DNA from: Takakia lepidozioides
Taxonomy: Eukaryota > Plantae > Bryophyta
Direction of reading: 5' to 3'
Length of the DNA stretch: 64,000 bases
Assembly (NCBI GenBank): GCA_030704615.1
Contig: CM060734.1
Coordinates: 46,128,001 to 46,192,000, forward strand
Shown: positions 63,781 through 64,000 of the stretch, piece by piece
Layout of the letters: every line of letters starts with the position of its first letter
How positions within the stretch are numbered: the stretch's first letter is position 1
The notes under the pieces: model-generated
Told to the model about the DNA's origin: nothing
The model's database searches: none
The model's input: only the letters and a program-made list of their open reading frames with translations
Program-made: the position numbers and the translations under genes

Positions 63781-64000
63781 AATCACAATCTGGTGGTCCT
63801 TCTACTGGCCAAGGTCGCCATCGAGCTCAAGACCAAGAATACAACAGGTGATGCTCTGATAGTACACGGGTGTTAATTCAAATATATGTAGCTCTCACAG
63901 CTTAATTCCAATGTAGATAACTGCAGCAATTTTTGTAACCCTTTCCAGATATAGTACAACGCCTTTCCTCATGAAGAGATCTTTCTTTGAAGTATACGAG

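Overview
Eukaryotic land-plant genomic DNA, most likely a moss or other non-seed plant judging by the RLK and callose synthase sequences. It carries three multi-exon loci, all on the minus strand. (1) A large, apparently intact callose synthase of the GSL8/GSL10 (CalS10/CalS9) type starts at 29287 and runs off the left edge. (2) A 12-exon plant-type sulfite oxidase-like pseudogene (about 31279-39045) is largely missed by the ORF track. It has several frameshifts, an in-frame stop, and a nitrate-reductase-like Tyr->Asn change at the active site. (3) An intact RD-type LRR receptor-like kinase (47211 to about 57971) has an LRR-VIII-2-like kinase but no malectin domain. Introns and intergenic DNA are rich in mobile elements. 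These include two RTE/RTEX-like LINE families, one with (CATTT)n tails and repeatedly doubled 3' ends, and degraded L1 remnants. There is also a tRNA-derived SINE family with a conserved structured body, a MULE-like element (9-bp TSD) carrying a 117-bp hairpin-containing tandem array, a hAT MITE (8-bp TSD) with a nested SINE, a probable Helitron, piggyBac-like TTAA termini, a 15-bp minisatellite and several 120-210 bp tandem duplications, one of which copies part of a callose synthase exon. All assignments come from reading and translating by eye; no database searches were run.
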